DNA of 64,000 nt from Escherichia coli (GCF_016903815.1 NZ_CP069973.1), one strand, 5' to 3'. Shown: positions 21,489 to 31,023, counted from the first letter of the stretch. Notes: generated from the sequence alone by a model not told the origin. Numbers and translations are program-made.

Positions 21489-21556
21489 TTGACAAAGCAG
21501 AAAGCCGACTTTGCGAGAGTCGGCTTTGAAGCAATTGAAATATATGAACTTTACAC

Positions 21557-22609
21557 ATGGAATTATACGATAAAGACGCGAGTCTATCCACAAAATCACA
21601 AGCCGTAATCAATCACATCAATGGTCGCACATTAGCTTATGTGAGATCAGTTACGCACAAACGTAATGAATTAAAGGCGGAGAATAAACGCCAATCATCA
21701 AAGGCTAACCACTGCATACCACCAGCTTGGACAAAGAAGAAATGGCGTACAATGAGGCGAGCTTTGTTTACTCTGGATGTCGAATCAACTAGTGGTATCC
21801 CCTACTCCTTTACCTTCAGACCCGTTAAGGGAACAACGCCAGAGAAATTCAACAAAGCGTTAAAGGCACTTACCAGATGGTTGACTTCGAAAGGCAATCA
21901 GTGGGTTTACGTCATGGAGTGGGCTCAACACCAGTCAGAGCCGCATGTACACGCAATAATTATGGTGAACGAAAGAAGCATTAATGGGCAAGCAGGCAAA
22001 ATTGTCAGCAAATGGGTAACACTGGCAAACAATGCAATCCCATCAAATGTTCCTCCCCAGTGGGATCTAGATTTGAAAGGTCAGCAATATTCAGAGCCTA
22101 CAAGGTGTATAGGTAAACAGATTGATTACATGGCAAAACCCGAAACTAAGTTAAATGACTTTAATAGAGAGGCGAGCAAGAGCCTATATGATTGGTCAGA
22201 TGCCAACGTTTGGGGTTATTCGAATGGCTGGGCGCGGCATGAGATAAAAAAAGAAACACTTTCTATCACTGGCTTTCATGCTGTAAGACGCATACTAAAA
22301 GCCATTCAGGCATCAAGGAAAGACAACTACAAAGTTAAGCGACAGATACAGCGTACATTGAAACGACAAGACATAAATCGCTCACCAATCACCCCGTTCC
22401 AAGCACCGTTAATTAGCAAACACGATTGGGATTTATCAGTGATAGCGGTCACCAAAGAGGCAGAGACAGAGCGCAGGGAGTTACTATCCTCACAGACAAT
22501 AAACTCGAACAAAGTACAAACCCACCCGCTGTTAAGGATGTTAAGAAAAGCACGAGTGAGAGCATCCAGAGCCAGAAGAGAAAGCGGAGGTTATGACCAT
22601 TACTACTAG
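21557..22609 (+). CDS. Putative rolling-circle replication initiator (HUH endonuclease)
   Basis: 350 aa with an HUH-like motif (EPHVHAIIMV) and tyrosine-rich region; family assignment is from motif only. Confidence 0.45.
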   Translation: MELYDKDASLSTKSQAVINHINGRTLAYVRSVTHKRNELKAENKRQSSKANHCIPPAWTKKKWRTMRRALFTLDVESTSGIPYSFTFRPVKGTTPEKFNKALKALTRWLTSKGNQWVYVMEWAQHQSEPHVHAIIMVNERSINGQAGKIVSKWVTLANNAIPSNVPPQWDLDLKGQQYSEPTRCIGKQIDYMAKPETKLNDFNREASKSLYDWSDANVWGYSNGWARHEIKKETLSITGFHAVRRILKAIQASRKDNYKVKRQIQRTLKRQDINRSPITPFQAPLISKHDWDLSVIAVTKEAETERRELLSSQTINSNKVQTHPLLRMLRKARVRASRARRESGGYDHYY

Positions 22610-23407
22610 TAGTGACAGATCGTGACAAGGCAGAGCAAAAAACGACCAATATAAGAGAAATATCCCTGCCCAATCGCCAAAAGCGCGGAGCGCGGAGCGC
22701 GGCAAGCGCCGCGAGAGGCGCAAGAAGGCGAACCTATCCATTGAAACGGTCAGAAGAGCGCATCGCGCTCGATGACCGAAGTCCCCACTAACACCGTTAA
22801 CGAAAGATCAAAGTCTTAGAAAAAAATGACGTTTCTTTGAAGGGCTTCCATCCGTAAAAATCAAATTTTGAGATAAAGTACTTATAGAAATTAATCACTC
22901 TATAAGAGTGAGTTGACGTGAGTTTGAAGTGAGCAACATATTAAAAATATATATAATAATCAAACATATAATAACAACTACTGAGCAAAAATCACCAGAA
23001 AACAACGTCAACGTAACGTCACTCTGTAAGCACTTTTTCAGTCACTTTTTGGGTTGAATACACGTATAAATCCCCAACCATGAAATTTGAGCGCGTAAGC
23101 ACGACTCTGAAAGGCTTTTTATCTTTTAACCATTTAATATACCTGAGGTATTGAAGAAGATTCTGAGACATATACTAGAACTTTACCGTGCACGACTAAC
23201 AACATAAACGTTATATTTATATATAAATCAATGAGATAAATACATCCCCATCCAAAAAACAAGCATAACGCAAAATTGCGTTATCAACTTAAAAGGTACG
23301 ATTGAATCTGACAGTCTGCTCTGAGCGAAATGTGGGCACGTTCACCATAAGTCTCCAGATTGAAACGAAATGATAGTGTTAAATGTTCGATAGTTACTTT
23401 TCTAAGC

Positions 23408-24400
23408 TCAACGTTCGTAATAGTAATCCGACACCTCAGTAAAATCTATTTCCTCCCTAGAAAGTAATGATTCCATCTCATCTAGTTTATCGATTTGAGG
23501 CAAAACACTTGTTGGTGAAATCACAACATTAAAGTCCTCATTATATCGGTGACCTACCCTTGTGAGCTCTTTACCTAATTGCAACAATATATAATCACGT
23601 AAAATAAGTTGATTCCGTCTAAATCGAATAAGACGATAGTAATGGAAGAAATCAGAACATTTTGATGAATCATAATTTCTACCATTCCACCCGGTTTTCC
23701 TCGTAGCTCGGAATAATGCTTGCTCTTGCGTATTTTTCCAAATGCTAAAATCAAAGTGACTTTTCGGGTTAGGATTTTCGTATGTTGCTTGAGGATAAAA
23801 ATTAGTAACACCAAATTGATGCTTGTCAATGATCTTTAAAGTCCGATTTTGTTCAGACAACATCCGCCTTAAGGACCTAGGAATTTCGAAACGCATTAGT
23901 TTGTTTTTATCCAAGATTCTTAATTCTCTTGGAAGCATCTCATGATCCCGTTCTAAATATCTTTCACACCGTTTCGGCACATACTGAAAATACACTGAAA
24001 AAAAACAAAATATATTATCAGAAACGAGAGGAGTAATATGTATTTTTTCTTGCTCAGGAACGTTTTGAACAAAATAGTATGCCGTTCCTTGCCAAATCAA
24101 CGATTGCGCTACTGCCTCCACCAATTCACGTATTGTTTCATCTACCGAGTATTTCCTATATCTAGCTTGTAAATTTCCAAACATTTTACGTATGAGTTCT
24201 TCGTCGTTAGTTTCGACTTGAAACAAATTGGTATCACCGTGATTTACAAAATTAAAAACTCTAGCAAAATCCTCATAAAACATCCTTTGATAGAAACCTG
24301 GTCGTTCATTCTTAGACTTGGTCAATAGTCTATCAACAAAACTTAATTGCTCAGGATCGACGCTATAACCGTAAAGGGGTATATTCTTGATAATTTTCAT
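23408..24400 (-). CDS. Unclassified 330-aa soluble protein, downstream gene of the cargo operon
   Basis: Long ORF with AAGGA Shine-Dalgarno; start ATG overlaps the upstream stop as ATGA; no TM segment and no catalytic motif recognised. Confidence 0.6.
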   Translation of the reverse strand: MKIIKNIPLYGYSVDPEQLSFVDRLLTKSKNERPGFYQRMFYEDFARVFNFVNHGDTNLFQVETNDEELIRKMFGNLQARYRKYSVDETIRELVEAVAQSLIWQGTAYYFVQNVPEQEKIHITPLVSDNIFCFFSVYFQYVPKRCERYLERDHEMLPRELRILDKNKLMRFEIPRSLRRMLSEQNRTLKIIDKHQFGVTNFYPQATYENPNPKSHFDFSIWKNTQEQALFRATRKTGWNGRNYDSSKCSDFFHYYRLIRFRRNQLILRDYILLQLGKELTRVGHRYNEDFNVVISPTSVLPQIDKLDEMESLLSREEIDFTEVSDYYYER

Positions 24401-26874
24401 TCAAAATCCTTATCGTATTCCACGCCAAAACGACGAGCCAACTCACTAACATGGTAATCGATCTTGAAGTCAATTTGCTCGAGTTGCGGGAAAATTTCGA
24501 GAGCACAAAAGAGATGCGATGCATCTGAATGGGAGTTTAAGAACTCTCTGACAACTTTGTTCGTATGAGATTTCCCTCGATTCATTCCCATTTGATCGCT
24601 AAAGCCATCATGTCTTGCGCGGCGCTCAAATTCCATTTTCCAGTTAAGACGAATCATATCTCTCGGTGATGCGCACAAGCTGAAATTGCGCGGATTTGAA
24701 AGAATCATCATTCTCTTCAAATACTGCTGTTTGTTGGGAACAGACTCGAGCCAAGACTTAAACCTATCAAGTACTGTTTTAGATAGTTTTGCATTATCGA
24801 AATAAGCACTGTAAAGGATAGCAAAACCTAGAACTGACATCAGATCGTTGATCGCGGATGAAAGGAGATGCAGTCGAAACTCGTTGTTTATATCGAGTTT
24901 CGGATCTACAAATTTGGTATCTGATGCCAGCAATGAGAGAACCATGAACATAGGGAATACCTTGCTCAGTTTATTTTCATCATTCTGTTCAAGCGCATGT
25001 ATACATTCCTCAGCCAACTCAAAATATATCTGTCCAAAATGATCCGGTAGTTCATCATCTTGCTCTTGTTCAATGATATGTCCCACAATTTCCACCCTAC
25101 CAAGAATAGCTATAGCTTCATCCTGTGTAACGACAAACTGTTTGAGCATTTCAGCAATATTAATTTCTGGTAATGCGTATAGCTTTTCAGAGTAGTGCTC
25201 GTACTTTCTGTATCTCTCCAAGAGCAGAGAAAGTTCATTAAACCAATGGGGAAACTTCAAATGATTATGTAGGCTAGCGAGAACGACTTGCGTTGCGGCT
25301 TCCGGCATCTTCATGTTTATCAGTGAGTTAACGAAATCTGGAACCATGTTTACGTGAAAATCGCATACTTCTGGCAGAATTTTAGAATATTGTTGTAATA
25401 ACTTCTGAACCGCCAACTGCTGGACGTACTTTGGTTTGGATAATCTCTGTCCTTCAATCTCTTTTTCGAATTCGATACGTTCTACGATAAAGGCCAACTC
25501 AACCTGCAGAAAAGCAGGCAAAGTGTGTAGAGAGGTCTCTGTCCAGATATCATCTTTAAAGAACTGCTCCAATTCTTTCTCAAAAGTAATCATGCGGCGT
25601 AACATTTCAAGGCAAAGATTGCTGCCTAATGCAGCCCATGCATCCGCAATTCCAACTTTTATCACCTTTTCCTCAAAATAATTAACGACATCAGACGGTG
25701 TAAAGGCTTTTTCAATGATCGTCTTCATTTTCCGAAGTTCACGTATACCAATATCGAACTGAAACTGTTGTGCATAAGTTAATATACGAGATGAGAATAG
25801 ACTGATGAGATCCAACCCGAGCTTGAAATCACCGGCTTTGAATGCAAGTTCAATATGGCCTACCAACCTATTGATAATTTCATTCTCTAACCAAAGATAA
25901 TTTGGTTCTTCTTCAACCGTTAATTGGCTCCTTGTTTTTAAAGCAATGGATGTTACACTGTCGCCAGCTAAGAACCATTGCTTATGTTTTATTCGTCTAG
26001 GGAACCAGTAACTTTGATAATCAATTCTGTGTTTCTGATTAAGGTAATGAAGAAGTAATGCCGAATAAACATTACTGAGAGCAGGTAAATTATCTCCGAG
26101 TCCTACTTTTTCACATATCAGGCGATCATCAATGTAGTTTAACTGCTCAAAGGCCAAATGTGCGGCTTTAGAGTGATGATTAGCTAAAGATACTGAATTC
26201 TTGGGATTAGACGCACCTTCGATGTGTCGTGCAATTCGTGGGAGTATTTCACTTCGGGCTAACTGATTTAGGTCAAAAAAATTGAATAATCTTTGACCTA
26301 ATGGGAACAGAGCTAAGGAACTAACAAGTGTCAGCAATGTTCCCATTGCATAAACGAAAAGACCGGGTTCAACCCCGAACAAGTGGAGAGCAGTTGCACT
26401 AAGACAAAACACCGCAGAAAGCACTAAAGTCCGCGAATACACATTACCTACCTGCTCGGTAGTAAGCATTTGTATAATATCTCGCCGAAGTCTGGTATAT
26501 CCTGTACTTAGAATGATACCTATTGTAGCAAAGTATATTGAAAATATAGCGGTAAGTATCTGTGCGTACAACCTAAGTTGATCAATATTAAATTTTTTTT
26601 CATCATAGCTAAGAGGATGAAGCAAAATCGTATTATTCCGAATATAATCTTCAACAAAACCCAGTGCAAATAACGTTAATATGACCCATAACAAATTTTT
26701 TAAACCTACCAACGCAAAAGACATAAAAACATGAGCGTTAGACTTAGCTTTAAAAACAGACGTACGATGTATGTATGACGCACGTTCTAAAATAAATCTA
26801 ACCCTCACAAGATCTGTTCTTAATTTCCAGAACCACTTTTGAGAAATAAGCCAAACCTTCATTATATCAATCAA
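24397..26874 (-). CDS. Unclassified 825-aa membrane-anchored protein (about four N-terminal TM helices plus a roughly 630-aa helical cytoplasmic region)
   Basis: Uninterrupted 2.5-kb ORF in AT-rich DNA; hydrophobic segments near residues 50-74, 102-124, 148-168 and 172-192; no Walker or nuclease motif seen. The track start is TTG; the first ATG is at 26862. Confidence 0.6.
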   Translation of the reverse strand: MIDIMKVWLISQKWFWKLRTDLVRVRFILERASYIHRTSVFKAKSNAHVFMSFALVGLKNLLWVILTLFALGFVEDYIRNNTILLHPLSYDEKKFNIDQLRLYAQILTAIFSIYFATIGIILSTGYTRLRRDIIQMLTTEQVGNVYSRTLVLSAVFCLSATALHLFGVEPGLFVYAMGTLLTLVSSLALFPLGQRLFNFFDLNQLARSEILPRIARHIEGASNPKNSVSLANHHSKAAHLAFEQLNYIDDRLICEKVGLGDNLPALSNVYSALLLHYLNQKHRIDYQSYWFPRRIKHKQWFLAGDSVTSIALKTRSQLTVEEEPNYLWLENEIINRLVGHIELAFKAGDFKLGLDLISLFSSRILTYAQQFQFDIGIRELRKMKTIIEKAFTPSDVVNYFEEKVIKVGIADAWAALGSNLCLEMLRRMITFEKELEQFFKDDIWTETSLHTLPAFLQVELAFIVERIEFEKEIEGQRLSKPKYVQQLAVQKLLQQYSKILPEVCDFHVNMVPDFVNSLINMKMPEAATQVVLASLHNHLKFPHWFNELSLLLERYRKYEHYSEKLYALPEINIAEMLKQFVVTQDEAIAILGRVEIVGHIIEQEQDDELPDHFGQIYFELAEECIHALEQNDENKLSKVFPMFMVLSLLASDTKFVDPKLDINNEFRLHLLSSAINDLMSVLGFAILYSAYFDNAKLSKTVLDRFKSWLESVPNKQQYLKRMMILSNPRNFSLCASPRDMIRLNWKMEFERRARHDGFSDQMGMNRGKSHTNKVVREFLNSHSDASHLFCALEIFPQLEQIDFKIDYHVSELARRFGVEYDKDFE

Positions 26875-27055
26875 GTGATACCTGCCTTCTCATCTCTACA
26901 TGCAACATAAAAATGCTTACTATGGTGGCAAACAAAATCAAGAATCATATGTTTGAACACTTTTTACGCACGAATTATCCGGTGTAAGATACTTATAGTC
27001 AAATGGCAGGGCTAATCTCATCTGTATTGAGCTATTAACAGCCATATGTAAGACT

Positions 27056-27084
27056 AAGAAACGCGCCCAGCAAAGGCGCGTTCT
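27056..27084 (-). terminator. Hairpin terminator after the small minus-strand ORF
   Basis: ACGCGCC-TTTGCTG-GGCGCGT stem-loop followed by a T-rich tract on the minus strand. Confidence 0.4.
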
Positions 27085-27264
27085 GCATCAGGTAAGTTTG
27101 CTGGGGTCTACGGTTTCCATCCAATCTGGAGCAATTCCCAAACGTTCCGCTATCTCTTCGTTGGTCATGTCTTCAGTTGAGAAATTAGCCAGAGAATCGT
27201 TAACTTCAGGATAGTCAGGGGAGAGTAACAGGTATTCCCGCAACGCTTTCAGATCTTTTTCCAT
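27085..27264 (-). CDS. Small ORF (59 aa) upstream of the cargo operon, not on the ORF track
   Basis: My own translation MEKDLKALREYLLLSPDYPEVNDSLANFSTEDMTNEEIAERLGIAPDWMETVDPSKLT; followed on the minus strand by a hairpin. Confidence 0.3.
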
Positions 27265-27431
27265 TTTAACGCTCCTTGTTTATTGACAGTCGAACGATGG
27301 TGAAGATTCTTGCCATCTCAAGTACAGGCAAGAAAATCCACCAGAACACCAAATTATCTCATAAGGTTAAATCGGTGTCGGGCTATTTCTTTCGGCTAGG
27401 TGAGTGTACCGCCTTAACCACCGGCAATTAT

Positions 27432-27564
27432 CATTGTCTCAATTGGGTATACCGTAATGACAAGGTGATACAAAGTCTCAATAGGGTTGTATAGGAACAT
27501 TTTGACTACACAAAATGCATTATGTATCATTTGCACTTATATTCACAACCCTATTGAGACAATG
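27432..27564. promoter_or_regulatory. res-like repeat cluster directly upstream of the serine recombinase gene
   Basis: 16-bp inverted repeat GTCTCAATAGGGTTGT (27475-27490) / ACAACCCTATTGAGAC (27545-27560) plus a partial direct copy CATTGTCTCAAT at 27432-27443. Confidence 0.45.
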
Positions 27565-27566
27565 CA

Positions 27567-28193
27567 ATGAACGTTAGAATTTACTGCCGAGCATCAACTG
27601 AGGGGCAACACGCTGATCGAGCACTTACCAGCCTACGTGAATTTTCAAAATCAAAAGGCTGGCAGATTGCAGGAGAGTATATAGAAAATGCTAGCGGGGC
27701 GAAGCTTGAGCGCGTAGAGCTTATGCGGCTATTGTCTGAAGCCCAGTCCGGCGATCTGTTGCTAGTGGAAGCTATAGATCGTCTGAGTCGCCTAGAACAT
27801 AGCGCATGGGTCGAACTGAAAGATACGCTCAACCGAAAAGGGTTAATCATCGTATCAATGGATTTACCAACGAGCTGGCAGATGGTCGAGATGGCAGGCA
27901 ATGACCTAACCAGCGGCATCCTGAGAGCCGTAAATGCCATGTTGATTGATATCCTTGCCACAATGGCACGGCAGGATTACGAAACACGTCGTAAACGCCA
28001 ACAGCAAGGCATTGAGCGAGCTAAAAGCGAAGGAATATACATTGGCAGGGAGAAAAATCAGGAAGCCCGAGAGATCGTTAGAGAGATGTTGGAGCAAGGA
28101 GTAAAACCTGAACTCATCATGAAGGCAGCAGGAATCAGCCGAGCGACTTACTACCGTATAAAAAGTGAGCTGTCAGTCGTAAAATCAGAATAA
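27567..28193 (+). CDS. Serine recombinase (resolvase/invertase family)
   Basis: 208 aa; N-terminal VRIYCRASTEGQ catalytic-serine motif and C-terminal HTH. Confidence 0.85.
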   Translation: MNVRIYCRASTEGQHADRALTSLREFSKSKGWQIAGEYIENASGAKLERVELMRLLSEAQSGDLLLVEAIDRLSRLEHSAWVELKDTLNRKGLIIVSMDLPTSWQMVEMAGNDLTSGILRAVNAMLIDILATMARQDYETRRKRQQQGIERAKSEGIYIGREKNQEAREIVREMLEQGVKPELIMKAAGISRATYYRIKSELSVVKSE

Positions 28194-28327
28194 CCTTTGA
28201 AAGGTCGTCAGGCTTGTTTCATCTGCTAAAAGCCAGCATTTCTGACCATAATACCTGGGGGCACCTACTGGGGCACCCACCAAAATCGAAAGACAAATAA
28301 GTTATAATTCAATCTGTTAGTTTACTT

Positions 28328-28350
28328 TTCGATTCCTGCAGGGGACACCA
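28328..28350 (+). repeat. attR direct repeat: 23 bp identical to the argW 3-prime end, TTCGATTCCTGCAGGGGACACCA
   Basis: Matches the recalled 3-prime end of E. coli tRNA-Arg (argW); shares a 15-mer with 18028-18042. Confidence 0.8.
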
Positions 28351-28790
28351 GATACCCTTCAAACCAAATCTACCTTCACCCCGTAAAAGATGGGTTTGGC
28401 GCACACTAGCCCTATATCTACTCATTTTTACTGCAACAGGTTGAAATCTCAGCACTGTCAGAAAGCGCTGATGACTAAACAGCCCTGGGCCGGGCGATGT
28501 AACCATCATACAGAATCCTGATAGCGAAATATGGCGTGACTCGATACTTCACTCTGCAATGCATTCCTTGATGAATTCGCAGGCCCGTGATACTCGGGAC
28601 AGGTCGCTGAATGACGACAATGTCCTGGAAATCAGCGAACCGCGTATCCGGAGTACATTTGAGCGACTGTACCAGAACATGAATGAGGCGTTTGGATTAG
28701 GTGATTATTAGTTGGGCTAAGCATTTTTGTATTATTATTTTCCGGTTGAGGGATATGGAGATATCGACAACAACCGGAAAAAGTTTACGT

Positions 28791-30038
28791 CTATATTGCT
28801 GAAGGTACAGGCGTTTCCATAACTATTTGCTCGCGTTTTTTACTCAGGAAGAAAATGCCAAATAGCAACATCAGGCAGACAATACCCGAAATTGCGAAGA
28901 AAACTGTCTGGTAGCCTGCGTGGTCAAAGAGTATCCCAGTCGGCGTTGAAAGCAGCACAATCCCAAGCGAACTGGCAATTTGAAAACCAATCAGAAAGAT
29001 CGTCGACGACAGGCGCTTATCAAAGTTTGCCACGCTGTATTTGAAGACGGATATGACACAAAGTGGAACCTCAATGGCATGTAACAGCTTCACTAATGAA
29101 ATAATCCAGGGGTTAACGAACAACGCGCAGGAAAGGATACGCAACGCCATAATCACAACACCGATAAGTAATGCATTTTTTGGCCCTACCCGATTCACAA
29201 AGAAAGGAATAATCGCCATGCACAGCGCTTCGAGTACCACCTGGAATGAGTTGAGATAACCATACAGGCGCGTTCCTACATCGTGTGATTCGAATAAACC
29301 TGCATAAAAGACAGGAAAGAGTTGTTGATCAAAAATGTTATAGAAAGACCACGTCCCCACAATAAATATGACGAAAACCCAGAAGTTTCGATCCTTGAAA
29401 ACTGCGATAAAATCCTCTTTTTTTACCCCTCCCGCATCCGCCGCTATGCACTGGTGATCCTTATCTTTAAAACGCATGTTGATCATCATAAATACAGCGC
29501 CAAATAGCGAGACCAACCAGAAGTTGATATGGGGACTGATACTAAAAAATATACCGGCAAAGAACGCGCCAATAGCATAGCCAAAAGATCCCCAGGCGCG
29601 CGCTGTTCCATATTCGAAATGAAAATTTCGCGCCATTTTTTCGGTGAAGCTGTCAAGCAAACCGCATCCCGCCAGATACCCCAGGCCAAAAAAGAGCGCC
29701 CCCAGAATTAGACCTACAGAAAAATTGCTTTGCAGTAACGGTTCATAAACGTAAATCATAAACGGTCCGGTCAAGACCAGAATGAAACTCATACACCAGA
29801 TGAGCGGTTTCTTCAGACCGAGTTTATCCTGAACGATGCCGTAGAACATCATAAATAGAATGCTGGTAAACTGGTTGACCGAATAAAGTGTACCTAATTC
29901 CGTCCCTGTTAATCCTAGATGTCCTTTCAGCCAAATAGCGTATAACGACCACCACAGCGACCAGGAAATAAAAAAGAGAAATGAGTAACTGGATGCAAAA
30001 CGATAGTACGCATTTCTGAATGGAATATTCAGTGCCAT
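28791..30038 (-). CDS. cscB: Sucrose:proton symporter (MFS, LacY-like)
   Basis: 415-aa 12-TM protein with a LacY-like N-terminus, in the csc gene order. Confidence 0.85.
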   Translation of the reverse strand: MALNIPFRNAYYRFASSYSFLFFISWSLWWSLYAIWLKGHLGLTGTELGTLYSVNQFTSILFMMFYGIVQDKLGLKKPLIWCMSFILVLTGPFMIYVYEPLLQSNFSVGLILGALFFGLGYLAGCGLLDSFTEKMARNFHFEYGTARAWGSFGYAIGAFFAGIFFSISPHINFWLVSLFGAVFMMINMRFKDKDHQCIAADAGGVKKEDFIAVFKDRNFWVFVIFIVGTWSFYNIFDQQLFPVFYAGLFESHDVGTRLYGYLNSFQVVLEALCMAIIPFFVNRVGPKNALLIGVVIMALRILSCALFVNPWIISLVKLLHAIEVPLCVISVFKYSVANFDKRLSSTIFLIGFQIASSLGIVLLSTPTGILFDHAGYQTVFFAISGIVCLMLLFGIFFLSKKREQIVMETPVPSAI

Positions 30039-30099
30039 AATTACCTGCCTGTCGTTAAAAAATTCATGTCCTATTTAGAGATAAGAGCGGCCTCGCCGT

Positions 30100-31023
30100 T
30101 TACTTCTCACCTTCCAGTTCTTGTCGACATGGCAGCGCTGTCATTGCCCCTTTCGCTGTTACTGCAAGCGCTCCGCAACGTTGAGCGAGATTGATAATTC
30201 GTCGCATTTCTCTCTCATCTGTAGATAATCCCGTAGAGGACAGACCTGTGAGTAACCCGGCAACGAACGCATCTCCCGCCCCAGTGCTATCGACACAATT
30301 CACAGACATTCCAGCAAAATGGTGAACTTGTCCTCGATAACAGACCACCACCCCTTCTGCACCTTTAGTCACCAACAGCATGGCGATCTCATACTCTTTT
30401 GCCAGCGCGCATATATCCCGATCGTTCTGTGTTTTTCCACTGATAAGTCGCCATTCTTCTTCCGAGAGCTTGACGACATCCGCCAGTTGTAGCGCCTGCC
30501 GCAAACACAAGCGGAACAAATGCTCGTCTTGCCATAGATCTTCACGAATATTGGGATCGAAGCTGACAAAACCTCCGGCATGCCGGATCGCCGTCATCGC
30601 AGTAAATGCGCTGGTACGCGAAGGCTCGGCAGACAACGCAATTGAACAGAGATGTAACCATTCGCCATGTCGCCAGCAGGGCAAGTCTGTCGTCTCTAAA
30701 AAAAGATCGGCACTGGGGCGGACCATAAACGTAAATGAACGTTCTCCTTGATCGTTCAGATCGACAAGCACCGTGGATGTCCGGTGCCATTCATCTTGCT
30801 TCAGATACGTGATATCGACACCCTCAGTTAGCAGCGTTCTTTGCATTAACGCACCAAAAGGATCATCACCGACCCGACCTATAAACCCACTTGTTCCGCC
30901 TAATCTGGCGATTCCCACCGCAACGTTAGCTGGCGCGCCGCCAGGACAAGGCAGTAGCCGCCCGTCTGATTCTGGCAAGAGATCTACGACCGCATCCCCT
31001 AAAACCCATACTTTGGCTGACAT
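30100..31023 (-). CDS. cscK: Fructokinase (PfkB family)
   Basis: 307 aa; ribokinase-family motifs (GDAVVD, DSTGAGDAFVAG). Confidence 0.9.
   Translation of the reverse strand: MSAKVWVLGDAVVDLLPESDGRLLPCPGGAPANVAVGIARLGGTSGFIGRVGDDPFGALMQRTLLTEGVDITYLKQDEWHRTSTVLVDLNDQGERSFTFMVRPSADLFLETTDLPCWRHGEWLHLCSIALSAEPSRTSAFTAMTAIRHAGGFVSFDPNIREDLWQDEHLFRLCLRQALQLADVVKLSEEEWRLISGKTQNDRDICALAKEYEIAMLLVTKGAEGVVVCYRGQVHHFAGMSVNCVDSTGAGDAFVAGLLTGLSSTGLSTDEREMRRIINLAQRCGALAVTAKGAMTALPCRQELEGEK

Larger units (their letters stand above)
18043..28350. mobile_element. About 10.3 kb integrative island (P4-like / satellite-like) inserted in tandem at the argW site
   Basis: Bounded by argW 3-prime repeats; carries a P4-type integrase, AlpA, an HUH Rep-like gene, an AT-rich cargo operon and a serine recombinase. 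Confidence 0.7.

Noticed and set aside
22327-22741. Short minus-strand ORFs overlapping the 3-prime end of the Rep-like gene and the GC hairpin
   Set aside because: Antisense to a long supported ORF and driven by the GC-rich repeat; likely spurious.
28309-28509. 66-aa minus-strand ORF spanning the attR repeat
   Set aside because: Covers the tRNA-derived repeat and junction sequence; no start context.
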